A DNA stretch of 64,000 nt from the IMG/VR virus record IMGVR_UViG_3300021962_000044, positions 1-64,000 of that record; one strand, written 5' to 3'. Source of the DNA: a virus. Below the pieces are notes generated by a model, which made no database searches, was not told the origin of the DNA, and was given only the letters and a program-made list of their open reading frames with translations. This document shows positions 39,252 to 49,830 of this stretch, in pieces; position 1 is the first letter of the stretch, and every line of letters starts with the position of its first letter. Both the position numbers and the translations under genes were made by a program.

Positions 39252-39881
39252 ATGAAAAGCCTAAAAACATACATAACCGAAAGTCTTAAGAGTTACAACT
39301 ATACTATAAAGATTGCTGGTGACGTTGATAAAAACTTTATAGATATGTTTAAGTACAATCTAAACAAGTTTGATCCTATACGAATCAGTGATCCAACTAA
39401 GACACCTATACAAAAAGATCCATATGGATTTCCTAATTTGAGTAATCAATCTGTAACTATTATTAAGGCAGACTTTAGATATCCAGCTACTGAACCAATG
39501 ATTCAACAAATTGCTCAATTATTGGGCTATAATGTTAATATGGTTCGTGTTATTACTACTGATTTTGATGATAGTATTAACAGTGAAGCTGAAGGTTATG
39601 CTAATGAAATGAAAGATAGTCCAATACTTACACATGAAGAAATGGGTGAGCAACCTGGTGCTAAAGAAGCAAATAAAGCATATGGTGATAGTTATTTAAC
39701 TAGCATCAAAGATCAAATGAAGGGTTCAACTATTGATATCCCTTATGCAGGACAAAAAACACCAAATTCGTTTGATCCATTCAAACCATATTTAGATGAT
39801 GAAAAAATGGGCGATAAGAGTCCAATGAGTACAATTAAACGTCCACCAAAGCCGGCAACTGGCGCCAGCGTATCAAAATAA
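39252..39881 (+). CDS. Putative internal head protein
   Basis: MKSLKTYITE resembles the T4 capsid-targeting leader. Confidence 0.55.
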   Translation: MKSLKTYITESLKSYNYTIKIAGDVDKNFIDMFKYNLNKFDPIRISDPTKTPIQKDPYGFPNLSNQSVTIIKADFRYPATEPMIQQIAQLLGYNVNMVRVITTDFDDSINSEAEGYANEMKDSPILTHEEMGEQPGAKEANKAYGDSYLTSIKDQMKGSTIDIPYAGQKTPNSFDPFKPYLDDEKMGDKSPMSTIKRPPKPATGASVSK

Positions 39882-39893
39882 AAGGAACATAAC

Positions 39894-42593
39894 ATGGATT
39901 TCAAAAGTTTATTATCACAACTAGACCAGTTGAACGAAGCAAAAGAAAAAACTAAAACTGGACTAAAGCATACTGCTGAACCCGGTGGCTACGGTCGTAA
40001 AGATGACGAAGATGACGAGGGTCATAAAGTTAAATCTACTGCTGTGAAAAAAGGCAAAGGTCGTCCTAAGAAAGACGCAGATGATTCAGGTGAAACTAAA
40101 AAATATGACTTTAGTGCATTTGGTGTTAAGTCTGGTAAAGATGTTAAGTTGCCTAAACATGATAAAAAGAAAACTACAGTAGTTAAAGGTAAATCACAAA
40201 GCCATGCCTCTAATAAAGTAGATGATGGTACTGATCCTGGTGAAGAACCCAAAACAAAGAAAAAAGGTCTAAAAGAATATTTTGATTCACTAGACAAAGC
40301 ATTGAACGAAGCTGAACAGATTCAAATCAAACCAGCAAGTCAAATGCCTAAACAACCTGGACAAACTTCAATGGGTCAAAAGCCAGCAATGCCTGGCCAG
40401 CAACAACAAGTAGCTGGTCAACCACAAAAGAATACACAAGTTATTCAGCAAGGTGATAAAGTTTTAGGTACTGTTGATAATCAAAATTTAGCTAATCAGA
40501 TTAAACAATCTATTGGCAAAGGCGAAATGACTTTGATGCCTGACCAACAAGTAAATGAATTAGATGCCGGCACAGTTGCTAGTTATCAAGATAAAGCCTT
40601 TGACAAGTTTATGGGTGGCGATGATAAACGTGCTCAGGGTTTAGATCGTGCATCTAAAAAACAAGCTGGGGCATTTGGACATGTACCAACTACACAAAAA
40701 GTAAATGAGAAAGATATCGGTAAGCACAACAATGCTACTACAGGCTTTGATGCATTAGTTAAGAAACTAACACCTAAGTATGGTGTAGAGGCAGCTAAAC
40801 GTATTGCTGGTGCACAACTAAAGAAAATTCGTGAAGCCGATCAACCACCAAACGATAGTTTGTTGAGTCCAATGAGTGAAGCACGTGCTAAAGCTGAAAC
40901 AGCAGGTAAGAAAGTTACTAAAGACTTGCCAGGTAATCAAGATAAATTAGATGTAGCAGAACCAAAAGGTAAGCTAGATGCTAAAGATTTCAAAGAATTG
41001 TCTAAGAAAAAGAAAGTGAAAGAAGGTATGGAACACAAATTAAAAGCAGCTCGCCATACAGGTAAAGCACACGCATTATCTAAGCAAGCATACAATTGCA
41101 ATTATGATGATATGGAAGAATCAAGACACTATCATGAAGGCTTCAAAGAAGGTTTAGATGAGTGCTATGGTCAAATGCCAATTCAAGGTTATATCGGTGA
41201 AGCAAATAACGAAGTAGCTGATATGGCTAGTTACGGTGCTCACACACCTACTATGGAAGATGACATGTACGAAATGGATAAAACTTCTTACATGAAGCAA
41301 CAAGCAATCAAGACTCCGGGTAACACCTTTAAGGCATTTGGTCAAACTTTCAAAGACAAGGAAGTACTAGAAAGTCCATTCGCTTTTGAAGCATGGGAAA
41401 AAGAATTGAATTCTATCTTAGAAGGTAAAGATGTTACTGAAGGAATGACTGTTTCTATCAGTAAAGGTCAACAAGGCACTCCTGATTCAGTAAGTGTTTC
41501 AGCACAAGATGCAGAAGCTGACCAATTATTAGGTATAATCAAATCAGCAGGTTTAGGCTTGTTTGGTGGCGATGATGCTGGTCACTCTCACACAGGTCAA
41601 CCAATGACAGTTGATGTTGACGGTGGTGAAGGTCCTCAAGCTAATATTGAAGTAGTTGATGACCATGATGATATGTTATCATTAATTCGTAAAATGACTG
41701 GTCAAGGCCCTGCTCAATCAAACGGTGATTATGAAGAAGAAGGTGGTGAAGAAATGCACGGTCATGATCATGGTCATGAAGAAACATGTGAAAGTTGCGG
41801 TGGAATGATGGAAGAGGGTCATTCATGCGGTGAGGCTGTTGAAGAAAATGAAACGATACCCCAGGCAGAAGAAGAAGTTGCCGAAGAAATCAATCCTAAC
41901 AACAATGATGAAGCTGAAGAAGAACAAACAGATGCCACACGTGATGCCGCATTAGCAACAGCTGCCGGTAAAAACTTTGCTGATACAGATGCTCCACTTG
42001 AAGAAGGTGGTGACGGTGGTGAAGCAAGTGATGCAGGAAACATTGGTGTTGAAGCCGGTGATGCAGAAGAAGAAATGCAAGCTTCTATGAATGAAGAAGA
42101 TGAAGATGAAAAACAGAAGGATGGTTTAGAAGAATCAAGTTTTGCCAATCTGTATAGAAAATTAGCAATGTTATCTGAAGAATCTACTAGTGAGAAAGAT
42201 GACAAAGCAGAAAAAGCCGCTAAAAAAGTCGCTAAAGATATCGAATATGATGAAGATCATAAGGGTAAAGATGACGACAAGGCAGAAGAAGCTGGTAAGA
42301 AAGTCAAAAAAGACATTGAGTATGATGACAAGAAAGATAAAAAAGAGAAGAAAGAAAAGATAGACGAATGGGCCAATGATGCAGGTCCGGGTAAATCTGC
42401 TTCAGATACATCATTTGAAACTGATATGGACTTTATGATGAATGTTATCAGCGGTGGTTTGAACAAGCGTAAATCAACTGGCCAAACAACTATTCCTGTT
42501 ATTGCCAATCAAGTTAATCGCACAGTATCAAACGGAATGACAGGTATCAATGAATCTGTTTCTGATTGGAAAAAACTAGCAGGTCTTAAGTAA
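39894..42593 (+). CDS. Large low-complexity prohead core/internal protein
   Basis: Highly charged; many (L/V/I/M)xE sites; internal KAxxAxKKVxKD repeats; ends WKKLAGLK. Confidence 0.6.
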   Translation: MDFKSLLSQLDQLNEAKEKTKTGLKHTAEPGGYGRKDDEDDEGHKVKSTAVKKGKGRPKKDADDSGETKKYDFSAFGVKSGKDVKLPKHDKKKTTVVKGKSQSHASNKVDDGTDPGEEPKTKKKGLKEYFDSLDKALNEAEQIQIKPASQMPKQPGQTSMGQKPAMPGQQQQVAGQPQKNTQVIQQGDKVLGTVDNQNLANQIKQSIGKGEMTLMPDQQVNELDAGTVASYQDKAFDKFMGGDDKRAQGLDRASKKQAGAFGHVPTTQKVNEKDIGKHNNATTGFDALVKKLTPKYGVEAAKRIAGAQLKKIREADQPPNDSLLSPMSEARAKAETAGKKVTKDLPGNQDKLDVAEPKGKLDAKDFKELSKKKKVKEGMEHKLKAARHTGKAHALSKQAYNCNYDDMEESRHYHEGFKEGLDECYGQMPIQGYIGEANNEVADMASYGAHTPTMEDDMYEMDKTSYMKQQAIKTPGNTFKAFGQTFKDKEVLESPFAFEAWEKELNSILEGKDVTEGMTVSISKGQQGTPDSVSVSAQDAEADQLLGIIKSAGLGLFGGDDAGHSHTGQPMTVDVDGGEGPQANIEVVDDHDDMLSLIRKMTGQGPAQSNGDYEEEGGEEMHGHDHGHEETCESCGGMMEEGHSCGEAVEENETIPQAEEEVAEEINPNNNDEAEEEQTDATRDAALATAAGKNFADTDAPLEEGGDGGEASDAGNIGVEAGDAEEEMQASMNEEDEDEKQKDGLEESSFANLYRKLAMLSEESTSEKDDKAEKAAKKVAKDIEYDEDHKGKDDDKAEEAGKKVKKDIEYDDKKDKKEKKEKIDEWANDAGPGKSASDTSFETDMDFMMNVISGGLNKRKSTGQTTIPVIANQVNRTVSNGMTGINESVSDWKKLAGLK

Positions 42594-42610
42594 TTAGTTC
42601 TGTGTAAAAG

Positions 42611-42637
42611 TACCCGGCATTAGTCGGGTATTTTTTT
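42611..42637 (+). terminator. Rho-independent terminator
   Basis: TACCCGGC-ATTA-GTCGGGTA plus T7. Confidence 0.9.
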
Positions 42638-42688
42638 GGCTATAGTCTTTATAAAAAAACGATAAATACTAAATAAGGTGATATAGTT

Positions 42689-45328
42689 ATGAGTCAACAA
42701 AACATAGATTTCGGTTCCTTCCCCGACGATCCGAATGCGGATGCAATAAGAACGGCATTCCAAAAAGTACAAGATAACTTTGATGAAATATATGCAGCAG
42801 CCACTGTAGGTAGTGTAACATCAGTTAATAATGGTTCCGGCATTACAGTTAATACTCCTACAGGTAGTGTTGTTGTTACAGCTAATATTGCATGTGTACA
42901 AGTATCCACATCTTCATTATTAGTTAGTCGATCAGGTAGTACACCCGGAACATCTGCTAATATTACCAGTTCTTCTCAAATATTAGTAATAGATATTAAT
43001 CCGGCAAATGTTTTTTCTGCTAATTTTTCTGGTGTCAGCGGAGCATTAGCAAATCTTACCGGAACATTAACAACAAACTCTAACAGTCAACCAAATATTA
43101 CAAGTGTTGGTACACTAGCAAACTTAACAGTAACTGGAAATGCTAATGTAGGTAATATTGGTGCTACCGGAGTTGTTGCAACTACATTAGGCGGAACATT
43201 AACAACTATATCACAACCAAATGTAACAAGCGTAGGAAATTTAACTTCATTAAATGTAACCGGTAATATTAGGTCATCAGCTTATATAGGTGGAAATGTA
43301 TCTACTACTGGAGCCAATGCAATATTTGTAGGTGACGGTGGTTTATTAAGTAACTTAACTGTCTCGGCTGGTAGTTCAATTGTTAATGGTAATAGTAATG
43401 TTAGTATAACGGCAAACGGTAATGTAACTACTAGTGTTGCAGGCATTGCTGACATATTCATTGTTACTAGTACTGGTGCTAATGTATCCGGATATCTAAC
43501 TGTTTCTGGTAATATCACCGGTGCAAATGCAAATCTTGGTAATGCTGTTACTGCTAATTATTTTATTGGTAATTTACATGGTATTGCTAACAGTGCTACT
43601 ACTGCGGGTACAGTAACAACTGCGGCACAACCTAATATTACAAGTGTCGGTACATTAAGCTCAGTAACAGTAACTGCTGATGTGACAGCAGGAAATGTTT
43701 ATGCTAATAGTGGTATAGTTAAGGGACAATATTTATACGGTGATGGCAGTAATATTTCTAATATTACTATTTCAGCAGGTAGCTCTATTGTTAATGGTAC
43801 AAGTAATGTAAGTATACCGGGAGCTAATGGTAATGTTAATACCGTTGTTGCCGGTAACACTACTTTAGTTGTCACTGGAACAGGGGTTAACGTAGCAGGT
43901 AATTTAAACGCTACCGGTACTATTACTGGTAACTTCAACGGCAATGTAATTAATGCTACACAGGGCAATATTACAAGTTTAGGAACATTAACAGGGTTAA
44001 ATGTATCTGGTGCAAGTAATTTAGGTCCAGTGGGTAATGTAACAATTACCGGCGGCAATGCCAATGCATTTTTAATGACTAATGGATCTGGAACATTAAC
44101 TTGGAATAACGGTACACTATTACCGGTACAAGGTAGTAATAGTCAAGTAATATTTAATGACGGTGGAACAATTTATGCAGGTAATGCTAACTTAACTTTT
44201 AATAAAACAACTGGATTATTAACATCAACTTTATTAGGTGGAACATTAACTACAGCCGCCCAACCAAATATAACAAGCTTGGGTTCACTAACATCAATCA
44301 CTATTAATGGACCTACTATTGCTAATGGTACATTTAATACCGGAAATGCTAATGCAAATATTATCACTGCTAACTATTACATAGGTAATGGTTCAAATTT
44401 AGCAAGTATAACAGGTGCAAATGTAACCGGAACTGTAGCAAACGCAACATACGCAATAACTGCGGGTACTGCAACAACTGCGGGTACAGTAACAACAGCC
44501 GCACAACCAAATATTACAAGTGTTGGTACACTGACTGGATTAGGTGTAAATGGTACAATTACTGGTGTAAATATTACTGCAAATACAGGCGTGTTTACAG
44601 GTAATGGTAGTTCTTTAACAGCACTAAATGCAAATAACATTAGTTCAGGTACTCTTGCTCAAGCAAGATTAGCAAATGCAAGTGTAACATTAGGTAGCAC
44701 AGCATTAACGCTTGGTTCAACAGTAACAACAGTTGCAGGCCTGTCAAGCGTTACATCAACTACATTTGTTGGTTCATTGAGTGGTGCGGCAACAACAGCA
44801 GGTACAGTAACAACAGCCGCACAACCAAATATTACAAGTGTTGGTACATTGACCTCATTAACAACAACTACTATTAGTACTGGTGCAAACTCAACAGCAG
44901 GAACTATTACTGGTAATTGGTCATTGTCAGCTGGATCCCAATTACGGGCTACATATGCTGACTTAGCAGAATATTATGCAGGTGATTCAAATATTGAACC
45001 AGGCACGGTAATTGAATTTGGCGGCACACAAGAAGTTCAAATTTGTAATTCATATATGAGTAGGTTAGTTGCTGGCATTGTTACAACAAAACCAGCATAT
45101 ATAATGAATACTGATATCAGTTGTGAATATCCTATTGCAATTGCATTACAAGGTCGTGTTCCGGCTAAAGTAATTGGACCAGTAAAACGAGGTGATATGA
45201 TGGTTAGCTCAAACAACGGTCATGCTATATCTTGTAAATCACCTAATATGGGAACTGTATTAGGAAAAGCACTAACTGATTTTGACGGTAAAACAGGTAT
45301 AATAGAAATTATGGTAGGAAGAACATAA
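42689..45328 (+). CDS. Tail fibre protein with C-terminal chaperone-like domain
   Basis: N-terminal D.IRTAF.K..NF.E.Y; ~7 QPNITSVG-type repeats; YADLAEYY..GRVP.KV. Confidence 0.8.
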   Translation: MSQQNIDFGSFPDDPNADAIRTAFQKVQDNFDEIYAAATVGSVTSVNNGSGITVNTPTGSVVVTANIACVQVSTSSLLVSRSGSTPGTSANITSSSQILVIDINPANVFSANFSGVSGALANLTGTLTTNSNSQPNITSVGTLANLTVTGNANVGNIGATGVVATTLGGTLTTISQPNVTSVGNLTSLNVTGNIRSSAYIGGNVSTTGANAIFVGDGGLLSNLTVSAGSSIVNGNSNVSITANGNVTTSVAGIADIFIVTSTGANVSGYLTVSGNITGANANLGNAVTANYFIGNLHGIANSATTAGTVTTAAQPNITSVGTLSSVTVTADVTAGNVYANSGIVKGQYLYGDGSNISNITISAGSSIVNGTSNVSIPGANGNVNTVVAGNTTLVVTGTGVNVAGNLNATGTITGNFNGNVINATQGNITSLGTLTGLNVSGASNLGPVGNVTITGGNANAFLMTNGSGTLTWNNGTLLPVQGSNSQVIFNDGGTIYAGNANLTFNKTTGLLTSTLLGGTLTTAAQPNITSLGSLTSITINGPTIANGTFNTGNANANIITANYYIGNGSNLASITGANVTGTVANATYAITAGTATTAGTVTTAAQPNITSVGTLTGLGVNGTITGVNITANTGVFTGNGSSLTALNANNISSGTLAQARLANASVTLGSTALTLGSTVTTVAGLSSVTSTTFVGSLSGAATTAGTVTTAAQPNITSVGTLTSLTTTTISTGANSTAGTITGNWSLSAGSQLRATYADLAEYYAGDSNIEPGTVIEFGGTQEVQICNSYMSRLVAGIVTTKPAYIMNTDISCEYPIAIALQGRVPAKVIGPVKRGDMMVSSNNGHAISCKSPNMGTVLGKALTDFDGKTGIIEIMVGRT
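44483..44848 (+). repeat. Exact 48-bp direct repeat (44483-44530 and 44801-44848)
   Basis: GGTACAGTAACAACAGCCGCACAACCAAATATTACAAGTGTTGGTACA occurs twice. Confidence 0.9.
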
Positions 45329-45329
45329 T

Positions 45330-45953
45330 ATGGTAACTATAGAATTATTAACGGCAATGTGTCCAAAAACAAAACGTTCTATCTTAGAGGGTTATGTAGA
45401 GCCACTCAACACAGTAGCAGAATACTATGAGATGTTTGAGAATCCACGTAGAATTGCTGGCTTCTTAGCACAAATAGCACACGAAAGTGGTGGCTTTAAC
45501 GCTGTCATTGAAAACTTAAATTACTCAGCTAAAGGATTGATGGGTACATTTAAAAAGTATTTTCCTAATGAAGAACTAGCAAAACAATATGAACGTAAGC
45601 CAGAAATGATTGCTAATCGTGTTTACGCTAATCGTATGAAGAACGGTGATGAGAATAGTGGTGATGGATTTAGATTCAGAGGTCGTGGACTAATTCAATT
45701 GACCGGTCGTGATAACTATACACGTTTTGCAGAAGCATTAGATATGAGTATTGAAGATACTGTAAGATATTTAGAAACACCAAATGGTGCTGTTGCCAGT
45801 GCTGGTTGGTTCTGGGACAATAATAAACTAAATCAATTCTGTGATAAAGATGATTTCATTACATTAACAAAACGTATTAATGGTGGCACTATTGGATTGG
45901 AAGATAGAAAACACCATTATCATTTGGCATTACAACATTTGGGCGCACATTAA
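45330..45953 (+). CDS. Glycoside hydrolase family 19 endolysin
   Basis: FLAQIAHESGG, ENLNYS, FRGRGLIQLTGRDNY, TKRINGG..GLEDR. Confidence 0.9.
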   Translation: MVTIELLTAMCPKTKRSILEGYVEPLNTVAEYYEMFENPRRIAGFLAQIAHESGGFNAVIENLNYSAKGLMGTFKKYFPNEELAKQYERKPEMIANRVYANRMKNGDENSGDGFRFRGRGLIQLTGRDNYTRFAEALDMSIEDTVRYLETPNGAVASAGWFWDNNKLNQFCDKDDFITLTKRINGGTIGLEDRKHHYHLALQHLGAH

Positions 45954-45954
45954 T

Positions 45955-48534
45955 ATGGCACAACCAATATGGAATACACCAGCAGGTTCATTGGGTACAT
46001 TCCCGGCCACAATACCGTTGGCTGTTCAATTATCAGCATCAGCCGTTTCTCCTGCAACTAGTGTTACATATACCTTACTTAGTGGTACATTACCTGCAGG
46101 ATTAACAATTAATAGTTCAGGGGTAATAAGTGGAACTACTCCGATAGTAACACAAGATGTAAGTAGTACATTTACAATTAGAGCCACTGATAATTTATTA
46201 GTAGTTCGTGACCGAACTTTTTCAATGATTATTTCAGGTGTGGCAATTCCTGAATTTACAACTCCAGCTGGTAGTATATTAAACACCATTGATAGTGTGT
46301 GGATTGAGTTACCAATAGAATATTCCAATCCTGATAATACTAATACAATTCAAATTGAGTTACAAGAAGGTCTATTACCACCTGGATTAGAGATTAATAC
46401 TGAGGGTATAATTAGAGGTTATCCTAATCCTCCTATAGTTACTGTAACAGTAAATCAAATAGTAACAAATGCTACAATTACTAATGGTTCTTCAAATACA
46501 ATTACATGTACAACTACTAATTCATTTACTGTAGGAAGACCGGTAGTTTTTACTAATACTGCTTTTGGTGGCATAGTCGGAGGAACTACTTATTACATAA
46601 GATCAATTGATAGCACAACTACATTTACTATATCTGCTACACAAGACGGACCAGTCTATGCATTAACAACTGGTACCGGATCTATGACAGTTACCCTGCC
46701 TTCAGTATCAACCGGTCAACCCATTATACGAACTTATTCTTTTATTCTTAGATTAACAAGTGCGTTAGGAGGAGATACAGCATCATATAATATTACTGTT
46801 ATAAATCAAAACACACCGGTAAGCCAAGGTGGACCAGGTAATCCACCTAACACACGTGTTCCTACTATACTTAATACTAGACCTAGAACATATGTAATTA
46901 CTGATAGTGATCCGTATTATGGATACTATATATTACCACCAGTAAGTCCATCTATACCGGCAACTATTGGTACAGTTAGAAGTGGTGAGAATTTTGCTTT
47001 TAAAATAATAGGTTACGATTTTGATGGCAATACTTTAGAATATGATTATATTAATTTGCCATCAGAATTGACAGGTGATATTAATACCGGATGGATTACT
47101 GGAGTTCCGACATTAAATTCAATTGGATTAAGCACATTTAATTTTGCAGTTAATGTTTATAAAGCAGGAAGAACTGATATTGTTACTGCTAATTTTAACT
47201 TCACTTATAATGTAAGTAATGAAATAACTGATACAATAGTATGGGTTACTCCTAATGATTTAGGTACAATTTTTAATGGTTCAATTAGTACATTAAGTGT
47301 TACTGCTATAGCAGATACTGAATTATCATATAGAATAGTTGATGGGGCATTACCTCCTAATCTTTATATTTTAGACAATGGTGAAATAACCGGTAGGGTG
47401 TCTGAACAACCCACTGATACATTATTAGCACAAAACACAGAAACAGTTTTCACTTTTACTGTAGAAGCATATTCACCTTTATATTCAGTAGTACAATCTG
47501 AAAAAACATTTACGGTAACTGTATTGCAAGAATATAATCAACCAACTGATACTCTTTATATACAAGCTACAACTAGTATAAATGATAGAAATATAATTAA
47601 TAGTTTGTTATCTAATGAAACATTAATTCCGGAAGAAATGTTATACAGACCAAATGACATTTATTTTGGTAAAGCAACTAATGTTATATATGAACATGCA
47701 TATGGAATATATGCTAGTAATATTGATGAATATTTAGCCGCAGTAACTCAAAATCATTATTGGAGAAATATTACATTAGGTGAAATAAAAACTGCATTAG
47801 CAAAAAATAGTGCAGGTGAAATCATATATGAAGTAGTATATAGTGAGGTTATTGATAATTTAGTTAATCCTCAAGGCATAAGTATTCAACAAGAAATTGT
47901 ATGGCCAAGACCAATTAATTTGGGATTAGGTCCTTGGTATACAAGTGTTACTAATACATATTCTAGTTATAATAAAGATTTACCTCCTGGTTATTATACT
48001 AGTAGGACACCGGGCTATGCACAAACATTATATCCAAATAGTTTATTCAACATGCGTAATCGTGTAGCACAAGTTGTTGGGCAAGAATATGATAGCAGAT
48101 TGTTACCATTGTGGATGACTAGTCAACAAGAAAATGGCGGTACATTAGGTTATACTCAAGCTTGGGTTATATGTTATACTAAACCTGGAATTATTGTTGA
48201 TGGTGAACAATTAACTTATGCTGAATTTGAAGCGACTGGTTTAAAAAGAACACATACTCTAAATGGAGCAACTGTAATAGACTATTTTAGTTATGCTGAA
48301 ACTATTAAAAATAATATACAAAATAATTGGCAATATACACTGAATCAAATCAACTTTAGAATTGATAGATTTAGTGTAGATAAAAGTGAAACATACAACT
48401 ACGACAAAAATCTTAATCCACCTGCTTGGACAGGATTACCAAGTGCAACACCCGTACCTGATCCATTGGATAGTAAGAATTTCTATGTATTGTTCCCTAG
48501 AGAAACAATTTTACCAGATCAATCAGAATACTAA
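45955..48534 (+). CDS. Baseplate/tail protein with putative-Ig repeats
   Basis: Repeated W.TP.G.LG and G.LP.GL.I...G.I.G modules; probable start ATG 45955. Confidence 0.7.
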   Translation: MAQPIWNTPAGSLGTFPATIPLAVQLSASAVSPATSVTYTLLSGTLPAGLTINSSGVISGTTPIVTQDVSSTFTIRATDNLLVVRDRTFSMIISGVAIPEFTTPAGSILNTIDSVWIELPIEYSNPDNTNTIQIELQEGLLPPGLEINTEGIIRGYPNPPIVTVTVNQIVTNATITNGSSNTITCTTTNSFTVGRPVVFTNTAFGGIVGGTTYYIRSIDSTTTFTISATQDGPVYALTTGTGSMTVTLPSVSTGQPIIRTYSFILRLTSALGGDTASYNITVINQNTPVSQGGPGNPPNTRVPTILNTRPRTYVITDSDPYYGYYILPPVSPSIPATIGTVRSGENFAFKIIGYDFDGNTLEYDYINLPSELTGDINTGWITGVPTLNSIGLSTFNFAVNVYKAGRTDIVTANFNFTYNVSNEITDTIVWVTPNDLGTIFNGSISTLSVTAIADTELSYRIVDGALPPNLYILDNGEITGRVSEQPTDTLLAQNTETVFTFTVEAYSPLYSVVQSEKTFTVTVLQEYNQPTDTLYIQATTSINDRNIINSLLSNETLIPEEMLYRPNDIYFGKATNVIYEHAYGIYASNIDEYLAAVTQNHYWRNITLGEIKTALAKNSAGEIIYEVVYSEVIDNLVNPQGISIQQEIVWPRPINLGLGPWYTSVTNTYSSYNKDLPPGYYTSRTPGYAQTLYPNSLFNMRNRVAQVVGQEYDSRLLPLWMTSQQENGGTLGYTQAWVICYTKPGIIVDGEQLTYAEFEATGLKRTHTLNGATVIDYFSYAETIKNNIQNNWQYTLNQINFRIDRFSVDKSETYNYDKNLNPPAWTGLPSATPVPDPLDSKNFYVLFPRETILPDQSEY

Positions 48535-48557
48535 ATATATAACGGAACACAACGAAT

Positions 48558-49583
48558 ATGAGCACAATTAACACAAACGGTATCAATGTAAATTACCCTG
48601 TACCAGGGGTAAATAACAACAGCCAAGGTTTTAGAGATAACTTTGCGGCAATTAGAACTAACTTGAATACAGCTGGTACTGAAATCACAGACCTACAAAA
48701 CAAAGTAGTTGTTAAATCAGCACTAGCAAATTCTACAGTAAACAATGATATGGCTAATACTCTTATTAGCAATGCTTTAACACGTAGTTTTCGTGCTAGT
48801 ACTTACAATTTAGGTAATGCAATATCAGGCACAGTATTAGTAAATGTATCCTTAGGTGATGTTCAGTATGGTACTATTGCAGGTAATACTACTATTCAAT
48901 TTACTGGATGGAGTCCTACTAGTACTCAAAGTAACGTTCAATTACAATTAGCAGTATCAAATAATTTAGCAGTATTATCATTCCCTAGTCAAGTGACCGA
49001 CGGTGTAACATCATTGGAAAATTATGCAAATGTTGCCAATACTAATACAGTTTCTATTCCATATGGTGTAACCCAATTAGATTATAGATTCAGTACATTG
49101 GATTGCGGTAATTCAATTACAGTAGAACCATTTAATAATCCCAGAATAATATCACAAGTTCAACAAAGAACACCGGCACCAACGGGCTTTCAAGGAGATG
49201 TAGCCGGCGATATTGCAATAGATGCTAACTATGTTTATGTATGTACTGCATCATACAATTCAATTGCAAATACAGTTGTAATTGCAAATGCTAGTTCTAC
49301 TGGAGATTTGTTAACAGTTTCAAATACAGGTAGCTTAACTTTAAACGATCCTATAATTTTTACAGGAGCTAACGTAACACAAGCTAATTTGGTAGCAAAT
49401 ACAATATATTATGTTAAAGCAATTGCATCCTCAGGTGCTAACGGAACAATTTCTGTAAGTGCTACTAGATCATCAGGCACTGCAGGAGCCAATGTTACAT
49501 TAACAACAACTGCAAATGGATTTAGCGCAAATACATTTAATGGTACTGATATATGGAAAAGAATTGCACTAACTTCTTGGTAA
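48558..49583 (+). CDS. Virion/baseplate-associated protein
   Basis: YPVPGVNNNSQGFRDNF N-terminus; D.NYVYVC..WKRIAL..W C-terminus. Confidence 0.65.
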   Translation: MSTINTNGINVNYPVPGVNNNSQGFRDNFAAIRTNLNTAGTEITDLQNKVVVKSALANSTVNNDMANTLISNALTRSFRASTYNLGNAISGTVLVNVSLGDVQYGTIAGNTTIQFTGWSPTSTQSNVQLQLAVSNNLAVLSFPSQVTDGVTSLENYANVANTNTVSIPYGVTQLDYRFSTLDCGNSITVEPFNNPRIISQVQQRTPAPTGFQGDVAGDIAIDANYVYVCTASYNSIANTVVIANASSTGDLLTVSNTGSLTLNDPIIFTGANVTQANLVANTIYYVKAIASSGANGTISVSATRSSGTAGANVTLTTTANGFSANTFNGTDIWKRIALTSW

Positions 49584-49594
49584 TAAATATTTGA

Positions 49595-49828
49595 ATGGAA
49601 CACCCATTCATTTCATCACTATCTGATAAAACTCTTGAGGAGTTGCAGACTGTCATGTCCGAATTAACTAAAAAACTAAACTTTGCATATCGTATGCAAA
49701 ACAGTGCCATGATTCATCAATTAAATATGGTTATGGCTAGCTATAAAGCTGAATATGGTCGCAAAATGGATGAGCTTCTTAAAAAGCAAGGTGACCGAAC
49801 TCAAATCAATATTCAAAAAGAAAGCTAA
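49595..49828 (+). CDS. Hypothetical protein
   Basis: ATG 5 nt after TAAATA. Confidence 0.65.
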   Translation: MEHPFISSLSDKTLEELQTVMSELTKKLNFAYRMQNSAMIHQLNMVMASYKAEYGRKMDELLKKQGDRTQINIQKES

Positions 49829-49830
49829 AA

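Noticed and set aside
43080-44850. CRISPR array
   Set aside because: The repeats are in-frame coding units with irregular long spacing; no cas genes (the 17054 nuclease lacks the Cas4 cysteines).
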